The notes beneath the pieces were generated by a model. The model ran no database searches and was not told the origin of the DNA. It saw nothing but the letters and a program-made list of their open reading frames with translations. A stretch of DNA of 64,000 nt. Origin: a bacterium. Lineage in GTDB: Bacteria; Desulfobacterota; DSWW01. This document shows, piece after piece, positions 60,086-64,000 of the stretch. Numbering within the stretch: the stretch's first letter is position 1; the number at the start of each line of letters is the position of its first letter. A program made the position numbers and the translations under genes. Location: assembly GCA_040756235.1 (NCBI GenBank), contig JBFLZG010000087.1:121411-185410 (forward strand), written 5' to 3'.

Positions 60086-60820
60086 ATGGATCTCAAACAA
60101 ACACACGTGTGGGCCGCGTGGACCGGGTGGATCTTCACTGCGGGTTTCCTTCTGGCGGTTTGTCCGCTGCTCGCCTGGACGATCCCACCGCATCACGGCC
60201 CTTCGTTCACCGCCCTGCAAGTCAAGGAATTCTATGTCGAGCACCTCAACCGGATCCGGGCCGGGGCATTTATCGGCATGGTCGCCAGCGCCTTCTATTA
60301 CCCGTGGGGCGCCGCTATCGCTGCCATGCTCAGGCGGGTCGAGAACGGGCGGCCCCCGATCCTCACCTATACGCAGCTGGGAGCCGTCGGGGTCGCCGTG
60401 TTCAACTCCGTGCTCTACTTCTTCTGGATGGGGTACTGCGCATTCCGTGCGGACACGATGGCTCCCGAGGCTCTCCAGTCGCTCAACGACTTCCAGTACA
60501 TCCTGCTCGAGTTCGAGGTGTTCCCCCTGAGCTTGTGGGCCGTTGCGATCGGTTTCGCCATCCTGCTCGACAAGAGCGAGCGCCCGGTCTTCCCGCGCTG
60601 GGTGGCCTGGGTGAACTTCTGGTTCGCCGGCCTCGTCATGACCGGGCAGTTCATGATCTTCTTCAAGGAAGGCCCCATGGCGTGGAACGGCTTGCTCGCC
60701 GTGTACTGGCCGGCGTTCGTCTTCTTCTTCTGGATCTGCGCCATGAGCACGTTCATGATCAAGGCCCTCAAGAGGGAGTACGGGGTGACACCCGAGGCGG
60801 ACACGAGTCGCTATCTTTGA
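60086..60820 (+). CDS. Hypothetical membrane protein (about 6 TM)
   Basis: GGAGGG RBS; IPP..P.......FY.....IR.G, VFPRWVAW.N, F..GP.AWNG. Confidence 0.8.
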   Translation: MDLKQTHVWAAWTGWIFTAGFLLAVCPLLAWTIPPHHGPSFTALQVKEFYVEHLNRIRAGAFIGMVASAFYYPWGAAIAAMLRRVENGRPPILTYTQLGAVGVAVFNSVLYFFWMGYCAFRADTMAPEALQSLNDFQYILLEFEVFPLSLWAVAIGFAILLDKSERPVFPRWVAWVNFWFAGLVMTGQFMIFFKEGPMAWNGLLAVYWPAFVFFFWICAMSTFMIKALKREYGVTPEADTSRYL

Positions 60821-60869
60821 TCCGTCAGAGACCCGATCCACTACACTCACTCTCGGCTGGAGGCACGTC

Positions 60870-61520
60870 ATGCCCCTTGACACCCGTTCGAGCTCGACCG
60901 CGGCCCTGGCGGTTCCCGTGACCGGGACGGGGAGGGTCGAGCAACAGGCCACGTCGCGCTGGTTGCGAGGACATGTACCGGGGGAAGCCGGCATCTGGAT
61001 CTTCATCCTCGGTGACATGACCCTCTACATCTTTCTCTTCGCCGGCTTCATGGCCGACCGTATGAAGGCGGTCGAGCTCTTCAACCAGTCGGCGAGCACC
61101 CTGCACATCGGTATCGGCGGGATCAACACGCTGCTCCTGCTCACCAGCTCGCTGGCCGTGGTGTTCGGGGTCAGGGCCGTGCGGGAGAGGATCGCGAAGC
61201 ACGCGCCCATGCTGTTTGCGCTGGCGTTTCTCTGTGCCGCGGGGTTCGTCTTCAACAAGTACATCGAGTACAGTGATCTGGTCGGGAATGGGTTCACTCC
61301 CTACTCGAACAGGTTTTATCTCTGGTACTACATCCTTACGGGGATCCACCTCACACACCTCGTGGCCGGCATGTGGGTGCTCGTCTACCTCTTCCGCGTA
61401 GCGCAGAAGGCCCAGCGGGAGGAGGTCACCATCCGCGGGGTGGAGAGCGGCGCCAGCTTCTGGCACGCGGTGGACCTGCTCTGGGTGGTGCTGTTCCCTC
61501 TCCTTTATCTCATGAGGTAA
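60870..61520 (+). CDS. Cytochrome c oxidase subunit III-like protein
   Basis: PGE.GIW.FILGD, NT.LLLTSS, K..EY, LTGIH..H, FWH.VDL.W. Confidence 0.88.
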   Translation: MPLDTRSSSTAALAVPVTGTGRVEQQATSRWLRGHVPGEAGIWIFILGDMTLYIFLFAGFMADRMKAVELFNQSASTLHIGIGGINTLLLLTSSLAVVFGVRAVRERIAKHAPMLFALAFLCAAGFVFNKYIEYSDLVGNGFTPYSNRFYLWYYILTGIHLTHLVAGMWVLVYLFRVAQKAQREEVTIRGVESGASFWHAVDLLWVVLFPLLYLMR

Positions 61521-61525
61521 ATGCC

Positions 61526-61780
61526 ATGCTCACAATCGCCCGCACTGCCGCCACCCCTGTCTGGGCCTTGCTCATGCTCGCCACCGGCCTCTCCTGGTCG
61601 GTGGGCGCCGTCGACGCCCGCGCGACCCTTGTCGTGATGACCCTGGCCTTCATCAAGACCGGCTTCGTGGCATCGTACTTCATGGAGATTCTCCACGCTC
61701 CGCTCGTGTTGCGCCTCGTCTTCCTCGCCTGGTGCACCGGAGGCTGGGCAGCCGTCATCGGCATCTACGCGTGGGGCTGA
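61526..61780 (+). CDS. Cytochrome c oxidase subunit IV-like small membrane protein
   Basis: W..LMLAT.LSW, AFIK...V..YFME..HAP. Confidence 0.8.
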   Translation: MLTIARTAATPVWALLMLATGLSWSVGAVDARATLVVMTLAFIKTGFVASYFMEILHAPLVLRLVFLAWCTGGWAAVIGIYAWG

Positions 61781-62199
61781 TCGAGAGGCAAAGGCCTGAG
61801 GCGGAAAGAGGCAGCGCTGTATTTCGTCATCCCGGCACGGGTTCTGCGTCAGGCTTTGTAGAGGCGCTGCTTGACGAGCCCTTTCCCGGATCCAGGAGCG
61901 CAGCCCCTGCTCGTCTGCACCGCTCCCAATGAACCCTTATGGGCGTGGAATAACAACGCGGTTGCACTCTTGCGAATCCTCAAAACGTAGTTGAACGTTA
62001 ATTCAATTTATGCCGTGTCTCCTAGGGGACGTCCAGAGCCGCGACGATTGCATCAAGTAGCTCAAACCGCTTATTTGGCAGCAGTTTTCGGCGAATCTGC
62101 GGAATATGAAAAAATATGTTGACAGGGATCCTGGTTCCTGAAATGCTTCGAACGGTTGTTCAAAAAAAGGGCTTCCGCCCGGGCAGATCGAGCGGCTCC

Positions 62200-62350
62200 G
62201 AAAGGACTGCATTCCGGCTTTCGCCGGTGCGACGGAAACGGGGTCGTTTCCGTCATCCCGGTTAATGCTTCCGCGGGATCTTGTGGGGGCGCCGCTTGCT
62301 GCGCCCGCGCGAGGGGTGGCGGCGGACCCCCTCTTGTAGGGGCGGCCCAT
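62200..62350. repeat. Cluster of degenerate REP-like hairpins
   Basis: CATTCCGGCTTTCGCCGG.GCGACGG, GTGGGGGCGC..GCGCCC, GTAGGGGCGGCCCATGCGTCGCCC; related arm at 61824-61895. Confidence 0.5.
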
Positions 62351-62403
62351 GCGTCGCCCTTCCCGAGGTGATCCCGGGAACTGCGCCAATCGAGGGGAGC
62401 GTC

Positions 62404-62868
62404 ATGAAAGCAGCGTGGCTCAAGGAGGTCGAGGGACTCACGCTCCGGGGGCAGATCCGGGTCCCCTACAGCTGGTGGGTGGGGGAGGTGGGCAGCCGCT
62501 TTCTCATCGCCCTCCGGGACGAGAAGAAGATCCTGGGGAACCGCTGCCCGCAGTGCCGAACCGTCTTCGTCCCACCGCGCAAGAACTGCGGCCGCTGTTT
62601 CATGGGTACGGACCAGTGGGTGGAGCTCTCACATGAGGGCGTCGTCGCCGCCCATACGATCGTGCGCTTCGAGCACGCTCTACAGCCGGCAAAGCCGCCC
62701 TTTGCCTATGCCCTGATTCGGCTCGACGGGGCGGACGTCTCGCTCCTGCACCTGATCAAAGAGGGTCTCGATCAACTGAAGAACGGGGCCCGGGTCCGGG
62801 CCGTCTTCAAGGAACAAAGGACCGGCCATATCCTGGATGTCGACTCCTTCCGGATCGTCGGAGGCTGA
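62404..62868 (+). CDS. DUF35-family Zn-ribbon/OB-fold protein
   Basis: G.RCPQC..VFVPPR..CGRC, P..YALIRLDGAD; GAGGGG RBS. Confidence 0.92.
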   Translation: MKAAWLKEVEGLTLRGQIRVPYSWWVGEVGSRFLIALRDEKKILGNRCPQCRTVFVPPRKNCGRCFMGTDQWVELSHEGVVAAHTIVRFEHALQPAKPPFAYALIRLDGADVSLLHLIKEGLDQLKNGARVRAVFKEQRTGHILDVDSFRIVGG

Positions 62869-62883
62869 ATCGCGGGGTGGCAG

Positions 62884-64000
62884 ATGGACAGGATCGCGAT
62901 CGCGGGGGTGGCGCAGACCAGGTACGAGGGGCGCAAGAAGGACGAGACGTTCCATGATCTCGTCTACGAGGTGACGTGCCGGGCGCTGGAGGACTCGGGG
63001 TTCACGCTCGCGGAGATCGACAACGTGATCACCGTCTCGAACGACTTCCTGGACGGCAGGACCATCTCCTCCATGGCGGTCGGGGAGGCCGCGGGGGGCT
63101 GTGACAAGAACATCTCGACCGTCGAGGGCGACGGCACGTTCGGTGCTTTCTACGGCGCGATGCGGGTCCTTTCCGGCTTCCGCACCACGCTGGTCGTGGC
63201 GCACTCCAAAGGGAGCGAAGGGGACATGCGGGCCGTAACCAACGGCATGTTCGATCCGATCTACCAGCGCGCCCTGGGGATCGAGGCAATCTCTGCCGCA
63301 GCCCTGCAGGCCAACGCCTACATGGAGCGCTACGGCATCCCGGAGGAGGCCTTTGCCCGGGTTTCGGTCAAGAACCACGGCAACGGCCGCAACAACCCCT
63401 TCGCCCACCTCCCCTTGGAGCTCACGGTCGAGGAGGTGATGCGCTCGAGAAAGATCGCGGACCCGATCAAGCTCCTGGACTGCTCGCCGGTGAGCGACGG
63501 GGCGGCGGCGGTCATCATCGCCAACGAGCAGATGGCGCGCAAGGCCCGGCCGAAGCCGGTCTGGGTCAAGGGCGTCGCCCACTGCGCGGATCAGTACTTC
63601 CTGGGAGATCGCGATTTGGCAAACCCGCTCTCGCTGGGGGACGCGTCCCGCAGGGCCTACGAGATGGCGGGCATCCACAGCCCCCCGGACGAGATCGACG
63701 TGGTCGAGCTCTACGATGCCTTTAGCTACATGGAGCCGCTCTGGCTGGAGGGGATGGGGTTCTGCGCGCCGGGCGAGGGCGGCCGGCTGATCGAAAAGAA
63801 GGTCACGACCCCGGGCGGCCGCCTGCCGGTGAACCCGTCCGGCGGGGTGCTGTCGGCGCACGCCGTGCTGGTCGCGGGGCTGGCGCGGCTGATCGAGGCG
63901 GTCCTGCAGCTCCGGGGCGAGGCCGGCGGCCGCCAGGTGGAAGGGGCGAAGACGGCGCTGGCCCACGGCATCAACGGCCCTTGCGGGCAGAGCCACTGCG
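62884..64000 (+). CDS. Thiolase-family (SCP2/Ltp2-like) protein, 3' end beyond the window
   Basis: Manual translation from ATG 62884: IAGVAQT, KNH.NG..NP.AH, DCSPVSDGAAAV, VELYDAF, VNPSGG, QLRGEAG.RQV; open to the window end. Confidence 0.9.
   Translation, partial: MDRIAIAGVAQTRYEGRKKDETFHDLVYEVTCRALEDSGFTLAEIDNVITVSNDFLDGRTISSMAVGEAAGGCDKNISTVEGDGTFGAFYGAMRVLSGFRTTLVVAHSKGSEGDMRAVTNGMFDPIYQRALGIEAISAAALQANAYMERYGIPEEAFARVSVKNHGNGRNNPFAHLPLELTVEEVMRSRKIADPIKLLDCSPVSDGAAAVIIANEQMARKARPKPVWVKGVAHCADQYFLGDRDLANPLSLGDASRRAYEMAGIHSPPDEIDVVELYDAFSYMEPLWLEGMGFCAPGEGGRLIEKKVTTPGGRLPVNPSGGVLSAHAVLVAGLARLIEAVLQLRGEAGGRQVEGAKTALAHGINGPCGQSHC

Noticed and set aside
61930..62160. AT-rich stretch as a possible ncRNA or defined promoter
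   Set aside because: Probably regulatory, but no convincing -35/-10 pair, -24/-12 pair or RNA family motif could be assigned.

Overview
GC-rich bacterial window, most consistent with a sulfite/sulfate-reducing Desulfobacterota (deltaproteobacterial) genome. 0-14 kb is a dissimilatory sulfite-reduction locus: the 5' end of dsrD at the window edge with its own sigma70-like promoter, small Cys/Zn proteins, two YkgJ-family paralogs, dsrN-dsrC, dsrT-dsrMKJOP, a ferredoxin and siroheme genes. dsrAB are not in the window. 15-46 kb holds argS, ftsH, a TatT-containing TRAP (TPAT) transporter, a kinase-lipoprotein-sigma54 regulator triad, fabH, a stand-alone loop-shortened ribosomal S10/NusE paralog, an acyl-CoA dehydrogenase, a GH94-like lipoprotein, archaeal-type aroA'/aroB', an M48 protease, an MMPL transporter and an NMO/FabK-like flavoprotein. 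46-64 kb is an accessory region: a PAS kinase plus sigma54 activator, then YCF48/MMPL/DUF1329/DUF1302 genes, a molybdopterin oxidoreductase and orphan CoxIII/CoxIV-like genes. These are arranged around two homologous back-to-back sigma54 promoter modules and followed by a DUF35 + thiolase-like pair. Intergenic DNA carries several REP/MITE-like families and a ~250-260 nt structured repeat. No rRNA, tRNA, CRISPR array or transposase was recognised. All family assignments are by motif recognition, not database search.
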